64,000 bases of DNA from Octopus vulgaris. Lineage: Eukaryota. Made by a program: the position numbers and the translations under genes. Shown here one piece after another: positions 12,993-25,434 of the stretch. The notes under the pieces were generated by a model that worked only from the letters and a program-made list of their open reading frames with translations, had not been told where the DNA came from and searched no databases. The stretch is from positions 38,750,001 to 38,814,000 of the forward strand of contig OX597822.1 of the NCBI GenBank assembly GCA_951406725.2. Reading direction: 5' to 3'. Numbering within the stretch: position 1 is the first letter of the stretch; the number at the start of each line of letters is the position of its first letter.

Positions 12993-13213
12993 CCCTTTTG
13001 ATACGAAACTGCTTGAGACCACCCTGGTTCTTGGATTATAGACTTCCTGTTTTTAAGTGATTTAAATTAAACCTTGCATCAAAATTTAATGCTAATTTAA
13101 TTCTAAACTTGAGCTTAATAAATTCTATGAAATTTCATTAAATTCTTCAATATTTTAAAAATTAATTAAAATAAAAGTAGTTTATCTCAATGAAAATACG
13201 GTGACAGAAAAGC
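12993..13213. mobile_element. Degraded piggyBac-like MITE
   Basis: Starts TTGA|CCCTTTTGATAC and ends GGTGACAGAAAAG|CTAA, consistent with decayed TTAA|CCCTTT termini. Confidence 0.4.
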
Positions 13214-13569
13214 TAAACAGCTAAAATATTCATCAGTGAAACCAACATGTGAAAAGAGGGAGCCTATGCAGTCACTCAACCTGGTAGAAATAGCAGCTAA
13301 AATTTCCCTCAAATCACACACACTATGTCTCAGGAAAAAAAAAAAAGGAAAAAACAATGTAGTCATAGGTACAGAAAAAAAGGCAGGATGGTCATGGTTG
13401 GAATGCTTTCCTCATAGGCCTACTTGGTCAAAGCTGACTTGGGATTAAACTGCAACAATAACTAATTGAGGATCCATTTACTAGCAACAAATATGTGCAG
13501 TGTGTGTGTTTGTGTGTGTGTGTGGAACATATTTGAAGTGTGTATAATGTAAATATAGAATATGATTAG

Positions 13570-13600
<31 letters not shown>

Positions 13601-13859
13601 CATCATGAATCTTGTAACACATTCATAAATGAATATATATGTGTCTCTGTGTGTGTGTGTGTGTGTGTCTGTGTTTGTGTGTGTGTATACAGTGCATAAC
13701 ATATATAGAAGGAAATGAAGCATGATGAGAGAGGGAGAGGAAAAGAGAAAGAAGCAAGACTGTAATTGAAGAATTGCTTTGGATGTAGTCGGGGGGGGGG
13801 GAATAAGATGAGGAAGGTGTAGCTGGAACATGTACAGCTATGACAGACACCAATGGAAT

Positions 13860-14745
13860 GTCTGCTGGTGGCTGATGATGGTGGAAGTGGCGGTGGTGGT
13901 AGTGGTGATGGAAGGGGAAGGCAGGGCGGTGTGTGTGTGTGTTGTGGCGGTGGGTGGTGGCTGGCTGGGTGGGTGAGAGAATCAGGATAAGGTGTGGTGA
14001 TGGGGCTGGGTTGAAAGGATGGAATAGGAGTGAAGTGTGGGGGATGGGGTAGTAGCGGAGTAGGGGTGGGGGTTGTACTGATGGGAAACCTGGAAAGGGA
14101 AATGGTGTTGTGGTGTATGGGGTGGAGGTGGTGGTGTTGATGAAGGGAACAGGGGCCCCTTTCTGAGGAAGGAACAGGAAGGAAGGGAAAATAATAATAA
14201 CGATGATGGTGTTGGTGTTGGTGTTGGTATTGGCAGGGATACTGTTGTGGTATGTGATGATGATACAGTAGTGACAGTAGTGGTGGTGGTTTAGTGGAAA
14301 TTGTGGTAGCGATGATGTAGTAGGGAATATGATGGCGATGATGTGGTGGTGTTGTGATGGAGTGTAGCAATGTAGTACTGTGTAGTGGTGGTGATGATGG
14401 TAGCGGTGGTGATGGTAGTGGTGGTGTTGGTGTTGGTAGTGGTAGTGATGGTGGTAGTAGTGGTGGTAGTGGTAGCAGTGATAGTGGTAGTGGTGGTAAT
14501 GATGGTGGTGGTGGTGGTGGTGATGGTAGTGGTAGTAGAGGTGATGGTAGTAGTCATAGTGATAGTGGTGGTAATAATGATGTAATGGCAGTGGTAGTGG
14601 TGGGGGGGATAGTAGCAGTAGTGGTGGTGCTGGTGGTAGTGGCGTGTGGTATGTGATGATGGTATAGCAGTAGTGGTATGCAATACGTGTGGTTTGTGGT
14701 ATGTGAAGGTGGTAGTGGCAGAAGGCGGCAGTGAGGTGGGGGCCG
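13860..14745. repeat. Degenerate (GGT/GAT/AGT)n low-complexity tract
   Basis: Directly visible trinucleotide repeats. They produce the spurious His/Thr/Val-rich ORFs. Confidence 0.85.
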
Positions 14746-15169
14746 GGGTTGGAGTTGCAATGGAATGTATTTGTTGATTCCATGAAATGATTCTGGGGAC
14801 ACAAACCATGTCCCCCTTCCAACCAACCCCTTCACCACTGAGGAATTTATAGGGATTCACACATGGAGGAATACTTAAAATGCAACAGCATACCACAACA
14901 ACCACCACCATCACTACCACCATTGCCACCACCTGTACAGCATAGCAGAACAGCTCTACTACTACATATACATCCCAGTATGACACTACCATCACCACTG
15001 CTGCCTATACACAGCAATATAACATAAACTACTAGTGTCTATAGCATCACAGTACCATACCACCAATACTACCTACTATACACAATACTACAACCACTAT
15101 CTATAACAAGACAGTATTATATAACCATTACTATCTCCTATACACTAACACCACCACCTATAACATCAC

Positions 15170-15815
15170 AGCATCACACTACAACTACAACCTCCTATAC
15201 ACTACCACCACACCACTACAATCTCCTATGCATTACCACACCACAAAAACCTCCTATATACTATCACTACCACAACAACCTCCTATACACTATCACCACT
15301 ACAACCTCCTAAACACTATCACCAATACTACCTCCTATACACTACCACCACTACAACCTCCTATACACTACTACCACACCACTTCAACCTCCTATATATT
15401 ACCACTACTACAGCCTTCTATACACTACCACCATTACAATCTCCTATACACTACTACCACACCAATACAACCTCCTGTACACTACCACATAGCCTCCTAT
15501 ACACTACCACCACAACAACAACCTCCTATACACTATCACCGCAACAACCGCCTATATACTACCACCACATCGCTTCAACCTATGCACTACCACTTCTACA
15601 ACCTCCTATACACTACCACAACAACCTTTTATATACTACCACAACAACCTCCTATACACTACCACCACTACAACCTCTTATACACTACAACTACACCACT
15701 TCAACCTCCTATACATTACCAGTACTACAATCTCCTATACACTACCACTACTACAATCTCCAATACACTACCACTACACCATTACAACCTCCTATATATA
15801 CTACCATCATTATAC
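15170..15815. repeat. Minisatellite, ~26-30-bp unit CCTCCTATACACTACCACCACTACAA
   Basis: Roughly twenty diverged head-to-tail units. Confidence 0.9.
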
Positions 15816-16518
15816 AGTTACAACAGAAATATCAAAACCAGATTTTTCCAGCAGTAAACCATGTTTGGTGATAACCATTTGGATAGGAATGAACACCACA
15901 ACATAACAGACCACTGGTCTGAGAAGGTCTACAATGCCCCTTCCTCCACAAAAGACCAAATAGTAGTAGTAGTAGTAGTGGTGGTGGTATTCTCACATAA
16001 ATACTACTACAACCACCACCACCATCATCATTTGTTTCTTACATCATTCTACATCTCAACTACTACTACTACTACTACTACTTCCACTAGTACTGACTGA
16101 TGCTGCTGTTGCTGCTGATGGTGGTGACGGTAAGTGTTTCTAATTTACGCACAAGGCCAGCAATTTTGTGAGGGATGTGGGTTTGTCAATTACTTCAACC
16201 ACAGTATTTCCCCATGCACTTCATTTTATTGATGCTGGAGGGACAAAAGGTACAACTGGCTTGAACAAATACCATAAAGCACTTCTTCCAAAGCTCTACC
16301 GACTCCACCATTTCACCACCCTAAAATAATATTAAATAAATGCCTACTTTTTTTTTTTCATTTAGGTACAAGTACAGCAATTTTGAGGAGAGGTTAGGTA
16401 AAGGAAATCACTTTTGATGGGAATTGAACTCAGAGCTTGAAGAGCTGGAACAAGTATTGGAAGGCATATATTCTGATAGAAATGAGTCAACCTATCCTCT
16501 ACTCTTAATCCTTTAGTG

Positions 16519-16642
16519 CAGTGTTTCTCAACCTTTTTTTTACCCTTGTGTAACCCTTAAAATAAATTACATGCCTCAAGGAACCCCTGCACAACAAAAA
16601 ATTATATACCATATCTTTCTCATCGTAGTTCATGTGGTAAAT

Positions 16643-16694
<52 letters not shown>

Positions 16695-17182
16695 AGCACA
16701 CTGTCAGTTACGACGACGAGGGTCCCAGCTGATACGATCAACAGAACAGCCTGCTTGTGAAATTAATGTGCAAGTGACTAAGCAATCCATGGACACGTGT
16801 ACCCATAACATAGTTCTCAGAGAGACTCAGCGTGACAAGGCCAGCCCTTTGAAATACAGGTACAACTCATTTTTGCCATTTTTTGACTGGAGCGACGTGA
16901 AATAAAGTGTCTTGCTGAAGGACACACCGCATCGCCAAGAATCGAACTCACAACCTTACAATCGTGAGCCGAATGCCCTAACCACTAAGTCATGCGCCTT
17001 CACACACATATGGTTGTTATATTTTTTAGATATCATAATAGGTTAGATAGGATGTCTATATTACAACATTACAATAACCAAAAATATGTTGTGCATGTAT
17101 TTTAGTATTCCAATCATGAAATTAGCATTAACTTATCTCATTCTTTCTCACGGAACCCCTAGCAACCTTTTGCGGAACCCTG
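16519..17182. mobile_element. hAT-like MITE, interrupted by (TA)n and a family C SINE, right end missing
   Basis: Left end CAGTGTTTCTCAACC, with subterminal GGAACCC motifs at ~16580, ~17152 and ~17174. Confidence 0.6.
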
Positions 17183-17183
17183 T

Positions 17184-17589
17184 GTAAACCAGCCTTATCT
17201 ACCCCAAATATTCTACTTGTTTTATATTCAAACGAGCCAAATCCTGCCTCTCACACCTACCCTGTAATGTTATTCTAGAAGCAAACAATCACATCATTGA
17301 AATCTTGAACCTATGAGATAATGCATGATTAATCTAAAATAATGCAAATAAATAAGAATTACATTTGACGAAATAATCTGAATGCTAAAGAGTTAATCCT
17401 TTGGTATTTAAACCAGCCACATCTGTCCCAAATATTATCCAGCCTCTCACATCAACCTTACAATGCCAGTCTAAGCTGAATTAATTGCATCGTTAAAATC
17501 TTGAAACTAACAAGATAATGCATGATTAATTCAGAACAATGTGAATAAATAAGTATTACATTTCATAGAGTGATCTGAATGCTAAAGGG
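17184..17589. mobile_element. Tandem pair of piggyBac-like MITEs sharing a TTAA
   Basis: Two ~200-bp related units, each ending GAATGCTAAAG(A/G)G|TTAA. The second (17397-17589) is bounded by TTAA at 17393 and 17590. Confidence 0.7.
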
Positions 17590-18650
17590 TTAATATATCT
17601 GTTTCTTTTTTAGGTACAAGACTGACCAAGGGTTATACAATAACATCATAACACCACCATGAACCCTATCAATGCAACAGCCAACACTATGACACCACCA
17701 CTACTACCCTATCAATGCAACAACCAAATTTCCCTACAGTCCTAGAAAGGCTAAAGAAGCAAAGACTCCCTTCAGTCATGAATGACCATGGGATTGCACC
17801 CAGAAAGTTCCTTTCTGAGGCACAAGTCTTAGCGGTATTTCGTCTGCCGTTACGTTCTGAGTTCAAATTCCGCTGAGGTCGACTTTGCCTTTCATCCTTT
17901 CGGGGTCGATAAATTAAGTACCACTTAAGCACTGGGGTCGATGTAATCGACTTAATACCTATATCTGTCCTTGTTTGTCCCCTCTATGTTTAGCCCCTTG
18001 TGGGTAATAAAAAAATAGGTTGTTTATGGAAAACCAACAGTTGCCCATACATACCAGCCTCCCTTCTCCACACCATTGATGTTATCCAAGGGAAAGGCAA
18101 AGGCTGATACAGCTTGGCACCAGTGACGGTCACAGCTCATTTCTACAGCTGAGTGAACTGGAGCATTTTGAAATAAAGCGTCTTGCTCAAGAACACAACA
18201 CACAGCCCGATCAATGAATTGAACTTAGTATCTCATGATTGTGAGCCCAACACCGTAACCACTGAGCCATAGACCTTCACAGTCCTAGAAAAAGACACTA
18301 GATAACAAGGCCCGGGCTCTCTGCATATGGAAAAAAAATGGCTAGATTGTCATGGCTGGAGTGTTTTTGACCACAAGCCCGCTTGATTAGGGCTGACCCA
18401 GGGCTAAACAACACCAACACAACATCAAGAGTAGCCACTAAAGCGATCATCTCCATTAACATTAAAACACAGGAAAACATTACAACTATTTACACAGCCA
18501 TTATGACCACTTCTATCACCATGGACACCACCACCACCATTAACACTGCATGCAACACTACACATGACCACCACCACCACCACCACTATCACCACCATCA
18601 CCACCATCACCACACTCATGGAAATAAAAGGAAGGAAGCTATGGGCTTAA

Positions 18651-18717
18651 TGACCTGCACATCCGTGCAGAGGTCATAAGGTCAGTGTGTTGGTAGTCAG
18701 GGGTCAGTGTGTGAACT
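18651..18717. promoter_or_regulatory. Cluster of nuclear-receptor half-sites including a perfect DR2
   Basis: TGACCT 18651, AGGTCA-TA-AGGTCA 18671-18684, GGGTCA 18701, TGAACT 18712. Confidence 0.4.
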
Positions 18718-19939
18718 CACTGAAGCTCATATTTCAAACTGCCAACAGAACCCTATGGCGCTGAATGGAAAGCTAAGCTTCAAGATCACAAGAAGACCAA
18801 ATATATCAATGCATTTCCTGCTACTAAAACCACAAACACTCTCATACTTTACACGCACACACACACACACACACATTTATTAATAGTTTCATATGAATAG
18901 ACAAATGGATATTGAGGTAATCAGAAGAAGGCAATACCATGATATTACACACAGCCAAAAATTCACTCACCAATATACAGCAGCCATTGAATCACACACA
19001 TGCAGTACCCTCTCACTGCTTCATTTACCACTGCTATTACAGCCTCTGCTCTTCTGAACCAGCTATTCAGATATCTAGATACCCTCAACTGCATTTTATC
19101 ACCCATATAAGATGCATATTCAATGTTCCTACAGGTATTTATTTACAGACGTTCAAGGTGAACATGCACTAATTTCCCCAGATCTTCCAAGCAAGGACTT
19201 ACAGAAGCAATGACCTTCCAACAACTTCTGTTACTAATTCATAAAAGAAATAAAACAAACTACAAGAGAGGATTAGAAAATTACCATTTTCAAATCTCAC
19301 AACATGAGATATTCATCAACGGTACTTTGTAGTAAAGATTGTTCTAAAATATAAGGACACAGATCATGTCATATAGCCAGCTGGAAATGATGTCTCCTAG
19401 GGCTAAATTACAGCAACATTAGTCCTAAACCAGGACTGCCATGTTATGTTGGCAAACAGTCTTTACTACAACAGAGGACTCGAATACCTTCAGTAGAGTA
19501 GGTGATCCCTGTACCAGTTATTCTTCAAACCATACAAGGACAGGGTACATTCTCCATTAAAATACAGCTGCGTGCTCCCACACTGAACACACAAGGGCAG
19601 ATTATACTCTACTTTAGAGTGCAACGGTTCTCATAATAAACATACAAGTACAGACTACACACTACACAAGTGTGTGTGTATATATATATACATACGTGCA
19701 CACACATGGTGTATGCTCACATACATATATATATATATATACATAAGTATATGTGTGTGTAAACATACATAAATATGTCTAAATATGTGTGTGTGCATAT
19801 ATATACACACACACACACCCATGCTAGCATGGAAAACGGACGTTAAACGATGATGATGATGTGCGTAAACATACATAAATATATCTAAATATGTGTGTGC
19901 ATATATATATATATATATACACATTACATACACACACAT

Positions 19940-19984
<45 letters not shown>

Positions 19985-21078
19985 TTATATGTATGTAATT
20001 ATGCATAAATGTACATGTATATACATTGATATGAGTATATAAATGCTATGTCTGTGTGTGTGTGTATATGTGTACAGTTATATAACTCCCTCCTCTCACT
20101 ACTGAACCCATAGTAAAAACAAATTACACCACCACAACCACCACCACCACCACCACCACCACCACCATCACCATCACCCGCCCTCCCAGCCTAGTTCCCT
20201 AAAGTAACCCTCCCTTCATTCTAGAAGGAAGCAAGCAAACTGAAAGACATTTGTCTTATCTGCAAAGTGATGAGTTTTTGGTCGTGGTGGGAGTGGAGGT
20301 GGTGGAGGTAGAACAGAGATCTTTTAGATAGGTTATAGCAGTAACAACAACAACAACAGCAACAACACTTAAAGACTCAAGCAGCAACAGCAACACAAGA
20401 GTCACTGTGACAGTGACATCAACTGCAGCTGTTGCACCAGAAACAACAGCAGTAACAACATTATCAGAGACAGTGTGGTTAAGAAGTTTGCTTGCCAATC
20501 ACATGGTTCTGAGTTCAGTCCTGCTGCATGGCACCTTGGGCAAATGTCTTCTACTATAGTGTCAGGCCAACCAAGGCCCTATGTGTGGATTTGGCACAAA
20601 GAAACTGGAAGAATCCTGTCATGTATATATATATTCTAGATACCAATACCTCTCATATATATATATATCATCATCATCATCGTTTAACGTCTGTTTTCCG
20701 TGCTAGCACGGGTTGGATGGTTTGACCGGGATCTGGGAAGCCAGGAGGCTGCACCAGGCTCCAGTCTGATCTGGCAATGTTTCTACAGCTGGATGCCCTT
20801 CCTAACGCCAACCACTCCGTGAGTGTAGTGTGTGCTTTATACGTGCCACCGGCACAGGTGCCAGAGTAGGCTGGCAGCGTCCATGATCGGTTGGTGCTTT
20901 TTACATACCACCGGCACAGAAGCCAGTCAAGGCGGTGCTGGCATCGGCCACGTTCAGATGGTGCTTTTTATATATTTATCAGCACAGTCAATATATATAT
21001 ATATATATATATATACTGACAGAATGAGATCAAAAAACCAAAGCAGTAAATAGATTTCATAATATTTATCAAGAAAAG

Positions 21079-21126
21079 GTCTTACAGCTGTTTCCAAGAT
21101 ATTTTATATATCCCTTCATCAGAGAC
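21079..21126 (-). ncRNA. Minimal type I hammerhead ribozyme motif (Penelope-like element type)
   Basis: Minus strand: GTCT CTGATGA A GGGATAT-ATAAA-ATATCTT G GAAA CAGCTG TA AGAC. This gives stem I GTCT/AGAC, an intact core, palindromic stem III and a GUA cleavage triplet. Confidence 0.75.
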
Positions 21127-21906
21127 GGTGCGAGAAAATGTTTAAGTAATAGTTATTATAGAGAAGATATGAAATACAGAGTGAAGTGGAGGAATGAAAA
21201 CAGACTCGAGATATGTAAGGGTATTGTATGTGTGTATGTATGTATGTATGTATGTATGTGTGTATATGTTTGTGTATCTGTGTTTGTCCCCACACCATCG
21301 CTTGATAACCAATGCTGGTGTCTCCATAAGTTAGCATACCAGCAAAAGAACCTGATGGAATAAGTACTAAGCTTACAAAGAATAAGTCCTAGGGTCGATT
21401 TGTTCGACTAAAGGCAGTGCTCCAGCATGGCCACGGTCAAGTGACTGAAACAAATAAAAGAACAAAAGAAAGAATGTGTGTGTGCATGCGTGTGTGAAGG
21501 CACATGGCTTAGCAGTTAGGGTAACCGGCTCGTAATCTTAAAGTCGTGAGTTCAATTCCTGGCAGCATGCTGTGTCCTTGAGCAAGACACTTTATTTCAT
21601 GTTGCCTTAGTCCACTCAGCTGGCAAAATTGAATTATGTGTGTATTTCAAAAGGCCAGCCTTGTCGTATTCCGTGTCATGCTGAATTTCTCTGAGAACTA
21701 CATTAAAAGTGCACGTGTCTATGGAGTGCTCAGCCACTTTCATGTTAATTTCACGAACAGACTGTTCCATTGATCGGATCGACTGGAACCCTTATCGTCG
21801 TAAGCGATGGGGTCCCACGATGATATATATACAGGGTGTGACAGAAGTAATGCCCTTTTTGCATTTAATAACTTCTATAGTATATAAATGTCTATTATTC
21901 CTTTAG

Positions 21907-22080
21907 TCTTTTACTCGTTTCAGTCACTTGACTGTGGCCATGCGGGAGCACTGCCTTTAGTCGAACACATCGAACCCAGGACTTATTCTTTGTAAGCCTA
22001 GTACTTATGCTATCGGTCTCTTTTGCCAAAGTGCTAAGTTACGGGGACGTAAACACACCATAGTGAGGGTACACAGACAG

Positions 22081-22123
<43 letters not shown>

Positions 22124-22277
22124 CGACAGGCTTCTTTCAGTTTCCGTATACCAAATCTACCCACAAGGTTTTTGTCAGCCCCAAGGCTAAAGAAGACACA
22201 TCCCCAAAGTGCCACGCAGTGGAACTGAGCCCGGAACCATGTGGTCAGTAAGCAAGCTACTTACCACACAGCCACTA
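21907..22277 (-). mobile_element. tRNA-derived SINE, family A
   Basis: Near full-length copy, followed by a partial second head at 22307-22445. Confidence 0.85.
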
Positions 22278-22740
22278 CATATATATATACACACATATAT
22301 ACATATGACAGGCTTCTTTCAGTTTCCGTCTACCAAAGCTTTGGTTGGCCTGAGGCTATAGTAGAAGACACTTGTCCAAGGTGTCATGCAGTGAGACTGA
22401 ACACTGGTTGGTAAGCAAGCTACTTATCACACAGCCACTCCTGCGTAATCTTTTTATTGAACACAAATTTATTGCATTACTTAAAGAAACGAATAATAAA
22501 CTAATGAAAAGAATTAAAGAAGTTTTTAGATGAAAAAAGAAATTCAATCAGAAACCAGAAAACTTGAATACAAAAGGATGCTACTTCTGCCGCACCCTTT
22601 ATATACATTAATATGTGTGCGTGTGTGTATGTATATAAATACACACACACATACATATATGCAACAGATAGAGATAAATTCCTCTATTTACATAATATCG
22701 AGGTCTCAATCATTCTTTTGTTGTCATACCATTACTATTA

Positions 22741-22772
<32 letters not shown>

Positions 22773-23429
22773 ATATGTATATATAATAGATTTACAAACA
22801 GGGCTAATTTAGCTATTTCTCTGTAGACTGAAAAAAAATGACAAACAATCTTAATCGATTATCAAATCTTATTGGACTCTCGTTAGAGGTGTTTACATCA
22901 ATTTTACCAATTCCAGTGAAAGAAGCAGCCAATCCTGTTTATATACTCAACAATTTCAGTAGCTACAGGAAACTGGAGCTACTAATTTGTAGACCATAAG
23001 TGTTAACACTTTGTTTTTAAACATCAGGAGCCTGTCAATGGAGGTCTCAGTCCACACAGTATCAAGAGTAAAGACCCTTTTGGTCGTGAATGAGCATGGG
23101 ATTGCACCTAGAAAGTTACCTTCCGAGGCACAAGTCTGGGCAAAGTTGTTTATGGAAGACCAGCTGTTGCCCATGCAAACCAGCCTCCTTCTCTATGCTA
23201 TTGATGTTATCCAAGGGAAATGCAAAGGCCGATACAGCCGATATTCTTTTCTACAGCTGAGTAAACTGGAGCAACATGAAATAAAGTATTTTGCTCAAGG
23301 ATACAACACACAGCCCGGCCTGGGAATCGCACTCAGTACCTCATGATTGTGAGTCCAATGCTTTAACCACTGAGCCATTATATCAAAATATGATATGATA
23401 ATGTATGTAATCTATGTAATAGAAACAAT

Positions 23430-23625
23430 TTGTACATTATTTACATTATTTATATTTGACAGATATTTGTCCTCATCAGTGTCTTGGGGAAATTTTGAAC
23501 TTGGGTTCTCATTCCTAAGGTATTTTTCGATGTTATCATTATTATTATTCAGATCATTGCCTGGAATCGAACTCAGAATCTTGGGGTTAGTAGCCTGCAC
23601 TCTTAACCACTACGCCATATGCCCA
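23430..23625 (-). mobile_element. tRNA-headed SINE of the hammerhead family, ribozyme segment deleted
   Basis: Inverted partner of 23655-23963. Head GCATATGGCGTAGTGGTTAAG...GAGTTCGATTCC. Confidence 0.8.
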
Positions 23626-23654
23626 TGGGCATATGGCGTAGTGGTTACCCTTGT

Positions 23655-23963
23655 GCATATGGTGTAGTGGTTAAGAGTGCAGGTAACTAACTCCAAGATT
23701 CAGAGTTCAATTCCAGGCACTGAGCTGAACAACAACAGCAACAACAACAACAAAACAACAACAACAACAACAACAACAACATCATCATCATCGAAAAATA
23801 CCTTAGGAATGAGGACCCAGGTTCAAAATTTCCCCAAGACACCTGATGAAGGCTGGAGGGTATATCAGCCAAAACGTTGTGTTAATAACAAACAATATGA
23901 GGACAAATATCTGTCAAATGTAAATAATGTACATAATTCCTCATCTCTTAAATATAGATCTGT
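23655..23963 (+). mobile_element. tRNA-headed SINE carrying a minimal hammerhead motif (23838-23883)
   Basis: A-box TGGTGTAGTGG and B-box GAGTTCAATTCC, then GACAC CTGATGA A GGCTG...CAGCC (A)AAA CG TT GTGTT. The G of GAAA is retained in the paralogue at ~41200. Confidence 0.75.
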
Positions 23964-24453
23964 ATATAGTAGATATATACATTGAGGAAATTTACTTCTT
24001 TCTCCATAGACTGAAAAAACGATGAGCAACTTTAATCGATCTTTGAATCTTATTGAATTCTTTTCAGAAGCATCTGCATCAGTTTGATCACTCCCAGAGA
24101 AACAAGCTACCAATCTATTTATATACTTGACAATTTCAGTAACTAGTATGCTATCAGTTATCACGAGTGTTCCAGTTGATCTGATCAATGAACAGTTCGC
24201 TTGTGAAATTAACATGCAAGTGGCTGAGTACCCCACAGACACACGTACCCTTAGTGTAGTTGTCAAGGAGATTCAGCGTGACACAGAATACAAGGTTGGC
24301 CCTTTAAATTATAGGTGCAAGTCATTTTTGCCAGCTGGATGGACTGGAGCAATGCGAAATAAAGTGTCTTGCTCAAGGACACAATGCGATACTGGGAATT
24401 GAACTCACAACCTTATGATCATGAGCTGAATACCTTAACCACTAAGCCATGTG

Positions 24454-25434
24454 GGCACTGTGTCTTTTTCTCCAACGTCACTTTGTCAAACGTCTTTTTT
24501 ATCTAATAATTTTTTTGTCCAATGACTTTATTTTTTCTGTAGTTTCAGTTCAGAGCTTCGACCATGCTGATGCACCGCCGTTTTGCTACACTGTTATTAC
24601 TGAGAGCCTCCTCCAATATGTGCCACTTGGTGAAGAATGGAGTTTGATATAGCTACCCTTAATTTTGTCCAATTTTACAAAAAACTAGTAGATGATGAAG
24701 AAATACCTGCTGAATTCATCACTTACGTAGACTTGACTGTGTTTGTGTTAATATATACATATTAATATTAATATTGATTTTATATAGAATACAAACATAT
24801 CGGGTGAAGAATTTGCATTAACATTAAAAAACAGAGATAGATTATTACTGTCACCAAATAAATTATTCCTTTTTTAAAAATAATTTTTTTTTAAATACAT
24901 TTTTCCACAGTATTTTACTTAAATCCTATCTATAAAATTCTCAATGATTATTTGATTTTGATGTTCACCTTGCTTTCTAAAGAGTTTACTCTTTTACTTG
25001 TTTCAGTCATTTGGCTGTGGCCATGCTGGAGCACCACCTTTAGTCTAGCAAATTGACTCCAGGACTTATTCTTTGTAAGCCTAGTACTTATTCTATTGGT
25101 CTCTTTTGCTGAACTGCTAAGTTACAGGGATATAAACACACCAGCATTGGTTGTCAAGCGATGTTGTGGGGACAAACACAGACACACAAACATATACACA
25201 CATATATATACATATACGATGGTCTTCTTTCAATTTCCGTCTACCAAATCCACTCACAAGACTTTGGTTGGCCCAAGGCTAAAGTAGAAGACACTTGCCC
25301 AAAGTGCCACGCAGTGGGACTGAACCTGGAACCATGTGGTTTGTAAGCAAGCTACTTACCACACAGCCACTCCTACACCTTTAAAATTGGACAAAACGTT
25401 GAACAAAAAATCATTGGACGAAAAATTGGGTCAC
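24454..25434. mobile_element. Non-autonomous DNA element with 9-10-bp TSD (Mutator-like?), inserted in a SINE head and carrying a nested SINE
   Basis: AAGCCATGTG is duplicated at 24444-24453 and 25435-25444 and splits a family C head. Subterminal TTTTGTCCAAT motifs on the left are mirrored as ATTGGAC(A/G)AAA on the right. Confidence 0.65.
24987..25378 (-). mobile_element. tRNA-derived SINE, family A (full length)
   Basis: Complete head-to-tail match to family A. Confidence 0.88.

Noticed and set aside
15170-15815. Regular ~27-bp repeats resembling a CRISPR array
   Set aside because: The units are contiguous with no unique spacers, the context is eukaryotic and there are no cas genes.
13603-15857. 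His/Thr/Pro-rich ORFs of 200-400 aa
   Set aside because: They are read-throughs of trinucleotide tracts and a minisatellite, open in several frames, with no recognisable domain.
19060-19620. Unique-looking stretch with faint LINE RT-like wording (FKPYKDRVHSPLKY)
   Set aside because: Too degenerate to support without BLASTX.
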